Positions 40,521 through 51,500 of a DNA stretch of 64,000 nt are shown here, one piece after another. The stretch is taken from the IMG/VR virus record IMGVR_UViG_3300045988_019421, positions 1-64,000 of that record; one strand, given 5' to 3'. The number at the start of each line of letters is the position of its first letter. The stretch's first letter is position 1. The translations under genes were made by a program, and so were the position numbers. Under the pieces are notes generated by a model that worked only from the letters and a program-made list of their open reading frames with translations, made no database searches and had not been told where the DNA came from. This DNA comes from a virus.

Positions 40521-41702
40521 ATGGAAGGACAAGCACCAAAAGCCGGAACATTCGGCAGTAGTCTAAATAATCCAAATCCTATGCCTAGTGCTACTACACA
40601 GGCTAAAACTCCTAGTGCTACTACACAGGCTAAAGCTCCGGAAACTCCTAGAGAAACCTATGAACAACTCCTTAAAAAAGGAGATGGTTTAGATAGAGAC
40701 TTCTTTGAAAAAAGATATATTACAATAGCTCTTGCTACTGATATTACTATTAACTCTGTTTATCGTCAAGTTAATGCTAGATATATCGTTGACCGTCATG
40801 ATAGCATTGGTGGTAGTATTAATTCAGCTAGAATCTTAACTAGCAACTATAAAGAAATGGAAGCATATATGCCTTCTCTTGTTGGTTGCTCCGTTAACTC
40901 ACAGGAATATATTACTCGTGTTCAACGTTGGTTCAATAGCATATCTATTCCTGTTGATGGTGAAGGAAAGAAACTTAATTGTTCTTTCCAATGGAATAAG
41001 AAAAGAGATTATCTGAACTATAAGATAGATGAAACAGAGATTATCGAAGAATATGATAATGCTGAAAAGTCTAATCCTAAACAGTTGAAAGATGCTATTG
41101 CTAAATATGTAACTAAGATTAATGCTCTTGAAGCAACTCGTTATCAATACGGACATCCTATTAAAGTAGATGATTACTTAGCATATCGTCATTGTTTACT
41201 TTATCCGATTGTAGCTAAAGACGTAGCTATTATTAGCTTCGACCCTCGTGTTAAATTCTATATTAAAGATGAACAACGAGAAAACAATCGTCTTAAACGT
41301 AATCGTATTCAAGCCAACAAAGCAAGACGTAATTATCTTGATGCTATTGATAACGATGCTAAGTTCAAAGCTATTTTCGTATGTTATTCTGCTAGTAACA
41401 AACAAGATGTATTATCTAACTTGTTACTCGATAGAATTATCCAAGAAAAGATGCTCGATGACTTTGCAATTAAAGAGCCGGAGAAATTCAACAAACTGTT
41501 TAACAATTCACAAATTGAGCTTCAAGCGTTCATTGAAGAAGCTATTGCCAAAGGTGAGCTAGTTCGTTCTGATGTTAATCAAACTGTTCTTACTCCCGAA
41601 GGTGGATTTATCGGAGCTAACATGAAAGAAGCGTTGGCTTATTTCAGTAATCCCGAAAATGCTGATTATAAAAGAGCACTTGAAACTAAACTAAAATTAT
41701 AA
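40521..41702 (+). CDS. head-associated hypothetical protein (393 aa) with an N-terminal 9-aa tandem duplication
   Basis: PSATTQAKT/PSATTQAKA, encoded by a 27-bp-period repeat at 40584-40634. Confidence 0.65.
   Translation: MEGQAPKAGTFGSSLNNPNPMPSATTQAKTPSATTQAKAPETPRETYEQLLKKGDGLDRDFFEKRYITIALATDITINSVYRQVNARYIVDRHDSIGGSINSARILTSNYKEMEAYMPSLVGCSVNSQEYITRVQRWFNSISIPVDGEGKKLNCSFQWNKKRDYLNYKIDETEIIEEYDNAEKSNPKQLKDAIAKYVTKINALEATRYQYGHPIKVDDYLAYRHCLLYPIVAKDVAIISFDPRVKFYIKDEQRENNRLKRNRIQANKARRNYLDAIDNDAKFKAIFVCYSASNKQDVLSNLLLDRIIQEKMLDDFAIKEPEKFNKLFNNSQIELQAFIEEAIAKGELVRSDVNQTVLTPEGGFIGANMKEALAYFSNPENADYKRALETKLKL
40584..40634. repeat. in-frame tandem duplication, 27-bp period
   Basis: cctagtgctactacacaggctaaa occurs at 40584-40607 and 40611-40634. 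Confidence 0.9.
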
Positions 41703-41714
41703 TAACTATTTATT

Positions 41715-42368
41715 ATGAAAGTAGCAGAGATACATAACGAGTTCATGCTTCTAGCTCAACAAATGGGCATGAAAACTGTGCGAGCAATACTTCCCGAACA
41801 GGTAGACGAAATAATCAATTTAGAGACTATCGAATATGTGAAAGATGTTTTCTCTCGTAAAGGTAATCGTGAACTCGATGGTATCTCTGATAACGTTATA
41901 AGATTAACAGAACTTAGTCCTCTTCATACTAGTATTAAGATTGAAGCTAGACAAGAAGATATAATGTTTGGTACTGGTTATAAGATAGAGTTAAACGACT
42001 GTCCAAAACCCATGTTCTATACATCTGTCTACTCCTTTAAGGGGAATAAGTCTTATCGTTGTAGATTAATAGACTTAGACTTAGTGAGTGAAACGATGAA
42101 CGATTATCATTCAAAGTCTATTGTTATAAGTCCTATATGTTATAAGACTGAATCTAATATTGAAGTAATAGCGACATTTGAGATAGAGAAGTTCTTAGTT
42201 AATTATATTAAGTATCCTACTCTAATTAGTATTGCAACTGATACTACGAATGAATTATCAGATATTGCTATGCACGAAGTTATTAAGAGGGCTGTTAATA
42301 CCTTTAATGCTATCTCTAATAATAATAGTTATGAGAAAGTTTCAAACGAATTATCTAAATTAGAATAA
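41715..42368 (+). CDS. hypothetical structural-module protein (217 aa)
   Basis: ORF track; tight coupling to the next gene. Confidence 0.65.
   Translation: MKVAEIHNEFMLLAQQMGMKTVRAILPEQVDEIINLETIEYVKDVFSRKGNRELDGISDNVIRLTELSPLHTSIKIEARQEDIMFGTGYKIELNDCPKPMFYTSVYSFKGNKSYRCRLIDLDLVSETMNDYHSKSIVISPICYKTESNIEVIATFEIEKFLVNYIKYPTLISIATDTTNELSDIAMHEVIKRAVNTFNAISNNNSYEKVSNELSKLE
42032..42046 (+). repeat. M15: degenerate motif copy, forward
   Basis: ctcctttaaggggaa. Read as SFKGN. Confidence 0.55.
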
Positions 42369-42369
42369 A

Positions 42370-43260
42370 ATGGAAAGACTGTTGTTTGCAGGTAATGTTG
42401 CATTAGCTACTACTCCCGCTACTCTAGCTGCTGTTAATGCAGCAGGTATTACAGAGGGTGCTGTTGCTCTTTACAACAATGAAGGTGCAATCATCTCGAA
42501 AGCTCTTACTAAGAACATTCCGATGTTTACCTTGTTTGTTGGTGGTGGAGCATTTGCTAATAAGAGCAAGTATACCAATATTGTATCTGATATTGATACT
42601 AGACGTTTCTCTTATGTTAAGAGTGTCTATGCTGCCGGAACTAAATTTAGTGCGGAAATTACTGTTCCTACCCCCGTAGAAGGAAAGGATTATACGTTAA
42701 CTATGGCTAAAGCTCATACTGTTCTTAATGAACGTTATAAGTGGTCAGCTAGTGAACGTGCTCGTGAAGGTGATACTGCTGCTATTATTGCTAAGAAGTT
42801 AAGTACTCAACTTAATTCTCTTGGTAAGAATGAAGGATTTACTGCTAGTGTTGCCGCTGCTAAAATTACCGTAACTGGTACTGATTATGAAGCATGGAAT
42901 CTGATTGCAGGAGATTCATTGTTTGGAGTAACTATTACTACTACAAAAGCTGTAAAACCAATTAATGATGATGCTGCTCTTAAAGAATTACAGATTCGCT
43001 GTATTGGTGCAGAAGGTATTAACTCTACTAGTAATGATGCTCGTAAGTTATATACTTTGCCGGAATTCTCTAATGCAGGTGGTTGGACAGTGTTTACACT
43101 AACTTTCTATCCGCATCGTGACCTTCGTAGTGGTAGTACCGAAAATGTTAAAACTATTATTCATCTTGCTATTCCGACAGGAGCTGCTCAAATAGCTACT
43201 CTTGAAACAATATTTGCATCTGTTAATACTCCGGCAGCAGCAGCAGCAGCAGGAGCTTAA
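42370..43260 (+). CDS. Ala/Thr-rich structural protein (296 aa)
   Basis: GC-richer codon usage and an AAAAAGA C-terminus. A long imperfect inverted repeat follows. Confidence 0.65.
   Translation: MERLLFAGNVALATTPATLAAVNAAGITEGAVALYNNEGAIISKALTKNIPMFTLFVGGGAFANKSKYTNIVSDIDTRRFSYVKSVYAAGTKFSAEITVPTPVEGKDYTLTMAKAHTVLNERYKWSASERAREGDTAAIIAKKLSTQLNSLGKNEGFTASVAAAKITVTGTDYEAWNLIAGDSLFGVTITTTKAVKPINDDAALKELQIRCIGAEGINSTSNDARKLYTLPEFSNAGGWTVFTLTFYPHRDLRSGSTENVKTIIHLAIPTGAAQIATLETIFASVNTPAAAAAAGA
42670..42685 (-). repeat. M16: degenerate motif copy, reverse
   Basis: acccccgtagaaggaa. Read as TPVEG. Confidence 0.5.
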
Positions 43261-43296
43261 AGAAGATATTGTAAATATAACTCGTAATAGTTTAAT

Positions 43297-43338
43297 AAAG
43301 GGGTTGCTATTAATGTTAAAATTAGTAGTAATCCCTTT
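43297..43338 (+). terminator. long imperfect inverted repeat after 42370..43260
   Basis: AAAGGGGTTGCTATTAAT gttaaa ATTAGTAGTAATCCCTTT (18-bp arms, 3 mismatches or wobbles). No strong T-run. Confidence 0.35.
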
Positions 43339-43352
43339 AATCATAAATAGGG

Positions 43353-43943
43353 ATGAAGGAAATTATCGAATTTGCTCTTAATCAAGGTTTGAGTTCCTTG
43401 ATAACTATTTCTATTTTCCTACTACTATATAAGTGGTTGGACAATAAGAAAAAGACTGAAAGCGAAAAGTTTGTTAGTTCTATTAGCAATACTCTTGATG
43501 AAGTATCTAAGTCATTACTACAAGTCTCAACGTTTATTACTGATATTACAAAGAATATCATAGATAAAGATAAGGACAAATGTAAGATTGCAATAGAAGA
43601 TTCTATGCTCGCTTCGGCAATGAGATTGACAATGTTCGTTACTAATACTGTTATTAATAACCACATCCATACTAATAAAGATAATATACTTGCTAATATC
43701 CATAATATAGTTAATGCAGAGTTTTACAGTGTATTCTCTAGCTTAGCTTTATATAAGATTAATGGAGTAAAAGCTAGCGATAATATGAAAAAAGATTGGA
43801 TGCCGTCAGTGGAGAAGTCTATAATAGAGATAGTGTTTAATGACAATCTTAGTAAAGAAGATAAAATATCTAGTTTTAATAATAAAATAAACTTGAAGTT
43901 TCAGTCTTACATAACTTATATAACAAATAATACATTAAAGTAA
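43353..43943 (+). CDS. hypothetical protein with an N-terminal TM segment (196 aa)
   Basis: LSSLITISIFLLLY near the N-terminus. Confidence 0.6.
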   Translation: MKEIIEFALNQGLSSLITISIFLLLYKWLDNKKKTESEKFVSSISNTLDEVSKSLLQVSTFITDITKNIIDKDKDKCKIAIEDSMLASAMRLTMFVTNTVINNHIHTNKDNILANIHNIVNAEFYSVFSSLALYKINGVKASDNMKKDWMPSVEKSIIEIVFNDNLSKEDKISSFNNKINLKFQSYITYITNNTLK

Positions 43944-44161
43944 TGGACATAAACTTCGATAATGTAAAAAGCAAATTGGTTGATAGAGGTGTACAAGTTG
44001 TACACCTCTCCAACATTGGATTCATTCTTACTAATGAAGCTATATGTAGATATAATGCTATGATTGTTCTTAGTAATATGTCTAATGTAGAATCTAAACT
44101 TAGTGAAGAACAACAACAAAATCTAATTGCAATGTATAACGAATTAATAGTAATGCAATGA
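43943..44161 (+). CDS. hypothetical protein (72 aa)
   Basis: ORF track; start overlaps the upstream stop. Confidence 0.55.
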   Translation: MDINFDNVKSKLVDRGVQVVHLSNIGFILTNEAICRYNAMIVLSNMSNVESKLSEEQQQNLIAMYNELIVMQ

Positions 44162-45126
44162 GAAAGAACGAAGATGGAATGTATACTTATCTTGATGTTC
44201 CAAGTAAGTATAATTGTGTTTATAAAAAACTACTTATTAAGTTAAGTGATTTAGGAGTAGATATGATTAAAGATTGTACTTCTACTTGTAAAGGTATCAA
44301 TCGTCAAGTAATTAACTGTTGGAATATGTTTCAATCTGCTTGTGCAGCTTATACTCTAGGGTATTGGAAGCAAGCAGATTTACTTATTAATTACATTAAT
44401 AGTTCTCTACAATTCGGTTGTGATGAATATACTACTGATGAGAAACCAGTATTTATGATATTTGAACTAAATATACCTATTACTATAACTGGTTCTCAAA
44501 AGATAAAATATAATGAAGCTAATTTTGTTATAGCTAATAGAGAATATGTAGTTGAAGATACTCTTACTATTTATCAAGTGATTAATGAAAGAGAAAATAT
44601 AATAGCTTCGGGTTTATCTGTTAATAGTCCTGTTAAGTTCAATGAATTAGTCCTTAATGCAGAAGTAGGACAAGTTTATATATTTAGAGCTAGTGTAGAA
44701 GGACAAGACGGAGAGACTTATTATTCTAATGATTATATTGTAGAATGTGTTTCTGTTCCTGCTATGAACGTAATGTATTATGGACATACGGATATTGCTC
44801 CGCAAGTATTTGATAAAATGTCTATTAATGATATTATGGCTATTGAAGGTAACACTCCTAGAACTATTACGGGAAGTAATAATAATACTTTTATTATTAA
44901 ACAGAAAAAGAAAATCCATTATTTATTGATACCTGATAAGTTAATGACTCTTGTTAAAGCTGAATATGGTACTATTCTTGTTACTACTCTTTGGGACGGA
45001 GAAGAAGGTGCTTATAAGACAAATAATCCAGGTGGAATTTATGATGGTATTTATTATAATGTATTCTTCTTATATTCTCCTTCTATATTCGATGATGATA
45101 TTCGTATAACTTGTAGAAATAAATAA
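44158..45126 (+). CDS. hypothetical tail-module protein (322 aa)
   Basis: ORF track; ATGA-type coupling. Confidence 0.65.
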   Translation: MRKNEDGMYTYLDVPSKYNCVYKKLLIKLSDLGVDMIKDCTSTCKGINRQVINCWNMFQSACAAYTLGYWKQADLLINYINSSLQFGCDEYTTDEKPVFMIFELNIPITITGSQKIKYNEANFVIANREYVVEDTLTIYQVINERENIIASGLSVNSPVKFNELVLNAEVGQVYIFRASVEGQDGETYYSNDYIVECVSVPAMNVMYYGHTDIAPQVFDKMSINDIMAIEGNTPRTITGSNNNTFIIKQKKKIHYLLIPDKLMTLVKAEYGTILVTTLWDGEEGAYKTNNPGGIYDGIYYNVFFLYSPSIFDDDIRITCRNK

Positions 45127-45127
45127 T

Positions 45128-48100
45128 ATGAGAAAAGGAATAAGTATAGGTCAGCCTCTTGTTAACAATAGTGTAGATGATAATTATAATCCTCTACCTG
45201 ATGTTGATGCTAAGTATGGACCTTATAATAGTATTGCAGAAGCTCTGAAAGAATTGTCTCCTGAATTACGTTCGGTAGGTCTTACGGTAGGTATTAAACA
45301 AAATAATATTATTAATGAGTATTGGTTTAATGGAGGTATTGAAAACAAGAATCTTGTAGTTAAGCAACAAGGTGGTGGAGATGAACCAGTTCAAACTGTT
45401 TATATACAAGACAATCCTCCTGCTAATACAAATTCTCTTTGGGTAGATACTTCTGGATTAGGGGCAGCTCTTGAAGAAGATGAAAAGCTAGCTCCTATAA
45501 TTCAATCTATTCAAGTGATACAAAAGTATCTTGATACTATTGTCCATCAAAGAGATTTAATTATAAATCCAGGTCATGTTAGTAATACTTTTACTAAGTC
45601 TGTATTAAAAGAATATACTCCTATTGACCCTAATACAGGACAATTAGCAATTAGAGTTGCTGCTGTTGGTGAAAGTCTTGAACCTGAAACAGAAGAATAC
45701 GAACCTAATACTAAAGCGGTTCGTGGGCATTATGGTACTCTTAAAGAAATCCAAGATAACTTTAATAATTTTGTAGATTACGAACTTCTAATTGCTACTG
45801 ATGTAAAACGTTTATATACCAAGATTAATGGAGAACCTGTTAATCTTACTGGTACTAGTTCAGGCGGTGGCGGTAGTATTGATTATGAAGCATTGGATAA
45901 ATTAGATACTATTGGCTTCGTTGCTCCTAATGGACAAGTATATCGTGTTAAAGTTAATAACAACGGACAACTAGTAGTATATAAGAAAGAATTAGATATA
46001 CCACAAGCAGAACCTACTGGTGGACAAGAAGAACCTGGAACTGGTTGGGTATATGTAACTACTCTATATCTACAAAAGTTATATATTAACTCTTTGTATT
46101 GTGGCGGTATTACTAGTGACGAATATAGTTATAATCCATGCTCTCATAACTTCGTTGAACTTAGTAATCTTACAGGTAAAGATGTATCTCTTAATGGACT
46201 ATCATTACAGTATGGTACAGAAGGTGGAAATTGGGAAGTACTCCCTTTATGGGGGAATATCAAAGCAGGTTCGACATTCTTAATTAGAGGTGCTCAATGT
46301 TCAGTAATAAATACTAATACTACTCGTATTAAAGTTGAGACTTATGATATGGAATGGTATGCTAGTGATGGTAATCTTATTAAATTTGATAATAAGAAAG
46401 CTAAGTTTTTCTTGACTTGGGGAACGTCACCTAGTTCTGTTGCGAATCCTTATAATAACACGACTTCCCCTATAAAGGTATCTAAAGGTTATATTGATTT
46501 AGTTGGACTTCAAATCTTAAATGCTGGTGATGCTGATAAAGTTGATGCTGCTGAAAATACTGCTTATGGTTATCTTACTAGTAAGTACTTATTTACTAAG
46601 TACTATACTATGGACAATGTTAAGCAAGCTACTAAAGCTCTTAGTGCTAGAAATAACGCTAATGATATGTACTTTGTTAATCTCGAAGCAAACATAATAC
46701 CTAGAGTAGATTCTTATACTCCACGTGCTAGCTTTGAGAACAAGAATATATTCTTTAATAAGACTTTACTAGACCATACTAAACCTAATAAGGTTACTAT
46801 GACTTTAGGTAGAAAAGCTTGTTATACTCTTAATGAATCTAATGAACCTAATGATGATGCTAGTAGATGTTTCAATTGGGTGTCAGTAGGTTACTATGAT
46901 GAATATTTATGGTATCGTGCATATAGAAGTGACAATAGTTATACTAATTGGACTAAAGTAGAATCATTTAAAAATGAGACTGGTGTTCGTAAATATTATA
47001 ATCGTATTCGTGCAATAACTACTGATGGTACTCCTTTTACTACTCATAAAGTAATACTTACTCATTTAGGAGAACAATATGATACTCATACAAAGGATAA
47101 GAATATTTATTATGAATATTATGTAGGTAGAGACGAAACTTATAAGAGCGATATTCGTAGATTTGTAGTTATGAGTGAAAATGCAGGGAGCGAAGTTCTT
47201 AACTTTGTTCAGACTTCCGACCAACAAGGCTTTAATTGGGATGAATATAATGTATGGAAAATAACTGCCGGTCAAATAAAGAAAGACTTTAATAGATATG
47301 AAACCAGTAACATATCTGTGTGCTACTTTATGATTAATACTGGCGATATGACACAGAATGGTAATCGTATTAATGAATGGTTAGATTATGAAGCAGGAAG
47401 AGAACCACTATACGATATTGCTGAAATGGTAACTGTTGGTAACAATGACTTAACTCCGGCTAATGTATATGTTCTTGGTGATGGTGGTGATAACTCTAAG
47501 ATTAATGCTACTAATATTAGATTCTTCTATTGTTACGAAATGGATGAAGATAATCCGCCAGTATTTACTGTTGAAGATAAAGAAATATTTGTCGAATCAT
47601 TATATTCTTTTGATGTTGGACATAATCATTTCTTATGTGTTAATAGTGAGATAAGTGCTAATACTGAAAGAGACGTTTACGGACTTACTACTACTGGTGT
47701 GATGTATGATTTGATAAGACAATGGTGTGAAAGAGATGATGCTAATGCAATTAATGCTAAAGCTAAGATAGCTTATTGCCATGAAATGCCTTTTACTATT
47801 ATTACTCAAAATCTTATTAATTCATTTTATTGGAATAATGAAGAAAACACTAGTGTTGAGAGAAGTGGTAGTAGATTGAATTTCAATACAACTAAAGCTA
47901 ACGCTTATTGGTTCTCAAAATTCTTACAGACCCACAATTACCGTTTATGTCTTGGCGGACATAAACATACTTACAGTTGCAGTTATCCGATTTTAGAGAA
48001 CGAAAACAGCTCTATGAAGCCTATCATACAGGTCACTGCGGACGTTTTAAAGAAGGATTTTAATTCTGATGAATTATATACGGAAACTGCCGAAGGTGCG

Positions 48101-48589
48101 TTAAAAGGGCAATCTTTCCCTAAATCTTGGGAAAATAATACTAACTTTGATATGTTGAAACACTTGTGTACATTTCAATTAGTAGAAGAAATAACTGCTC
48201 CTGTATATCTTATGTGTCAGGCTAGTGGATATAAACATACTAGTAATAAAGAACTTCCTAGTCCTAATATTCCGTGGTTAAGGTATTTCTTTCCTGCTAA
48301 TATTACTATTAATAGTAGAGACGATGTTACGGCTAAAGTTAATGCAGGTCAACGTTATCCTTTCTATATTAAGTATTTCTTAAAGTCAGGTAAGGTAGAT
48401 GATTTACATTATTACCCTAATTTACAAGCTACTGTTAAAAAGCTATCTAATGTGTTTAATAATTCCGGTAACTATAATGTTAATCTTCAAGGATTAAATC
48501 CAGCTTATGGAGTTATTGGTGGTAATGGAGAAACTAATAATGGTAATGATATAATTAACGTGAAATTTCCAACTTATAATATTAGTTGA
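45128..48589 (+). CDS. large tail protein with a lamin-tail-domain-like segment and a calcineurin-like metallophosphoesterase-like domain (1153 aa)
   Basis: NFVELSNLTGKDVSLNGLSLQYG...GNIKAGSTFLIRG is LTD-like. INTGDMTQNG, TVGNNDL and LGGHKHTYS resemble the phosphoesterase motifs GDxxDxG, GNH(D/E) and GHxH, with substitutions. Confidence 0.6.
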   Translation: MRKGISIGQPLVNNSVDDNYNPLPDVDAKYGPYNSIAEALKELSPELRSVGLTVGIKQNNIINEYWFNGGIENKNLVVKQQGGGDEPVQTVYIQDNPPANTNSLWVDTSGLGAALEEDEKLAPIIQSIQVIQKYLDTIVHQRDLIINPGHVSNTFTKSVLKEYTPIDPNTGQLAIRVAAVGESLEPETEEYEPNTKAVRGHYGTLKEIQDNFNNFVDYELLIATDVKRLYTKINGEPVNLTGTSSGGGGSIDYEALDKLDTIGFVAPNGQVYRVKVNNNGQLVVYKKELDIPQAEPTGGQEEPGTGWVYVTTLYLQKLYINSLYCGGITSDEYSYNPCSHNFVELSNLTGKDVSLNGLSLQYGTEGGNWEVLPLWGNIKAGSTFLIRGAQCSVINTNTTRIKVETYDMEWYASDGNLIKFDNKKAKFFLTWGTSPSSVANPYNNTTSPIKVSKGYIDLVGLQILNAGDADKVDAAENTAYGYLTSKYLFTKYYTMDNVKQATKALSARNNANDMYFVNLEANIIPRVDSYTPRASFENKNIFFNKTLLDHTKPNKVTMTLGRKACYTLNESNEPNDDASRCFNWVSVGYYDEYLWYRAYRSDNSYTNWTKVESFKNETGVRKYYNRIRAITTDGTPFTTHKVILTHLGEQYDTHTKDKNIYYEYYVGRDETYKSDIRRFVVMSENAGSEVLNFVQTSDQQGFNWDEYNVWKITAGQIKKDFNRYETSNISVCYFMINTGDMTQNGNRINEWLDYEAGREPLYDIAEMVTVGNNDLTPANVYVLGDGGDNSKINATNIRFFYCYEMDEDNPPVFTVEDKEIFVESLYSFDVGHNHFLCVNSEISANTERDVYGLTTTGVMYDLIRQWCERDDANAINAKAKIAYCHEMPFTIITQNLINSFYWNNEENTSVERSGSRLNFNTTKANAYWFSKFLQTHNYRLCLGGHKHTYSCSYPILENENSSMKPIIQVTADVLKKDFNSDELYTETAEGALKGQSFPKSWENNTNFDMLKHLCTFQLVEEITAPVYLMCQASGYKHTSNKELPSPNIPWLRYFFPANITINSRDDVTAKVNAGQRYPFYIKYFLKSGKVDDLHYYPNLQATVKKLSNVFNNSGNYNVNLQGLNPAYGVIGGNGETNNGNDIINVKFPTYNIS
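46241..46256 (+). repeat. M17: motif copy, forward (one extra C)
   Basis: ctccctttatggggga. Read as LPLWGN. Confidence 0.8.
46466..46479 (-). repeat. M18: degenerate motif copy, reverse
   Basis: tcccctataaaggt. Read as SPIKV. Confidence 0.5.
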
Positions 48590-48591
48590 TT

Positions 48592-51500
48592 ATGGCAGAT
48601 AATATTAAAAGGTATAATCCTAAAACTGGTAATTGGGATATAAGTTCTTCTGGAAAAGCTACTGGTATTGTTGTCGAAGACCCTCGTCTTATCGACCCTG
48701 AAGTAGCAGAAGAAGGTGTTACTGGTGAAAGTCTTAATGATGTTCTTGTTCGCCATGAAGAAGAATTAAAGAAGCATGGTGGATATATTGCTTGGCTTGC
48801 CGAACACGGTGGTGGCGGAAGTGGCGGCGGTGGCGGAGCTACTGGTGATAAGATTACTCTTACTAATGGTAATATAGTAAAAGAAGGTAATATTAATTAT
48901 CTTTATTCTACTGTAACTACTAATATTAAACTGGAATATCTTATTACTTCTTCTAAGAATAATAAGCGATATTTTATTACTGTTACTCTTGACGGTAATA
49001 ATATTATCGAAGGTAAAGAAGCATGGACTAATACTCCTGGAACTCTTAATATTCCACAACTAGATAAGTTCTCTGCTAATAGTAATCACTCTGTTGTAAT
49101 TACAGCTAGTGATACAGATGGATTCTCTGCTGAATCTTATCTACTTAATATAGTAGAAGCTAGTATTAAACTTACTAGTACTGTATCAGGTAATACTGCT
49201 ACTGTTGGTCTCGACTACTTCTTTACTTATAGTATCATTAGTAAAATTATTGGTTCAGATGTTAACCTTGTTGTTACTAATGTAACTAATGGTGCTACTA
49301 AAACTATTGAATTAGGTAAGACAACTTCTACTGCTCCTAAACAAGTTAATGTTAACTTGTGGGAACTAGGTAATATTATAGCAGGTAGTTCTTATACTAT
49401 ACAAGCACAAGCATTTACTTCAATGAATGAAGCTACTGTTCAATCTGATAAAGTAACGAATCGTGTAGTTGTTGAAGATGGTATTAATCTTGTTGTTCTA
49501 GTAGAAGGTATTACTAGTAAAGCAGAAGTAGATGCCGGAGTTGAGAGAACTAAGTTCTCTCAAAGCAGTAATGTATCTTTTGCATTTACTCCATATCTTG
49601 CAGGAGTTAGTCTTATCTATTATGCAGTTAGAATCGAACATAATGGTATTACTAAAGATATAGGTTACTTCGATGAAGGAAACTATAACGATAATCAATA
49701 TGTTCAGCGTGGTAAACAACAGGTGTTTAGTTATGCTATTCCAACAGAAGGAGATGTTATTGGTAATTGGAATATTACACTTCGTTGTTGGTCTGAAAAA
49801 GGAAACCCTGTAACTGATACTGTTCTTGCTTGCGAAGTAGTATCTAGTTCACAAGCTCTTATTGCAGACCAAAATCCTAATAGCAGTAGATACGCTAGTT
49901 GGCACGTTCGTCAAGAAAGTTTTCCTCAAGTATCTACTACTAAAGTTTGGACTAGTAATGAACCAACATTTACTGCACCCGGTTCTATTACTCCTAGTGG
50001 TGCTATAACTAATCTTAATGTATATAATACAAACGGAGTACTATCAGGATTCTTAACAGAGAACGGACAATCTATGTTACGTATATCAGGAGAAGCCTAT
50101 GGTGTTATTGATGTACAGCCATTTAAAGATGATATAACAACTCTTAATAACTGGTCTAGACAAGGATTTGGATTATCATGTACGTTTAAATCAGATATTC
50201 ATCCGTTCTCAAAAAGAACAATATTCTTTATAGGGGATTACAATACTGACGAACAATTCTCTGAAGGTATTAAAGTAGGTCTTGAAGATATTATTTGGTC
50301 TTATACAGATGGTAATATTAAAGAAACTATTAGTTGTAAGATACAACAGAATGTTATTAATACTGTTGATTTTATAGTTAATAAGAATCAAGGAAAGATG
50401 ATTGTAGGTATCTTTATCAATGGTATACTTAATGCTGCTCGTGAAATAAAGACTGACTTTACTTGGAAGACTAATTCTAAGATATATCTTGGTTGCGATA
50501 TTAGTAATTCAGGACAGATTCAAAACTTTGCCGATGTTAATTTCTATGATATTAAATTGTTCCGTGTTCCTGCTAATGATAAAGAAATTGTTATTAATGC
50601 AATGAACTCTAGAGCTAAAGCAACTCTTTTATCTGATGGTAGTGTAGACTTTACTGAATACAATAGAATGAAGTTAAAGAACTTCTTCTCTACTTCTGAT
50701 TCAGAACCCCATTCTATTCTATGGGACGATATTAACCAAACGTATGCTAGTGTCAATTTCAACAGTCTTATCTCTGATACTACTAGAGTATTACCAGTTG
50801 ATATAATGTTGATTAATTGCGCTAATACTGGTTTTACTCGTGCTATATTTGAAGAAATTGGAGGTCAGAATAATAATTGGTATAGTGGTTGTACTATGAG
50901 TTACTTTAGTCCAACTTCGGGAAAGTCTAGCTCTGAATATACTACTGATGTTTCTGTTTCTAAGCAAGGTACTTCTACTTTGAACAATCTTATTAAGAAC
51001 TTAGAGATAAGATTCGATAAGATGCTTAAAGATGATGATGGTGGTAATCTTGATTACGAGTTATTCCAACCTAGAGAAACATGGTTTCCTGAAAGACAAT
51101 TTACGCTTAAAGCTGACGTTGTTGACAGTGCTCACGCTAATAATGCTTCTATTGGTAAATGGATTAATGATAACTCGGATTTCTTATTTGAGAAAACTCC
51201 GCCTATGGAGCAACTTGAATCTCATCGTCCAGTAGATACTCGCGATAGAACTGTAAAAGATAAAGTTACTATTAAACAAACTCTTGAAGGTTTTCCTATA
51301 ATACTTCTTATTCAGTTTGATGGAGAAGAAACTCAAACTATGCTTGGTATATACAGTTTTAACTTAGGTCGTGGAGCTTATTATAATATGGGATTCCGCT
51401 TCTTAAAAGATTTTACTACTAAGATAAAGAATACAGCAGGTGAGTATGTTGATAATAAACTTCCTGCTTTTGTTACTTCTTATCATACTTATGCTCAAGA

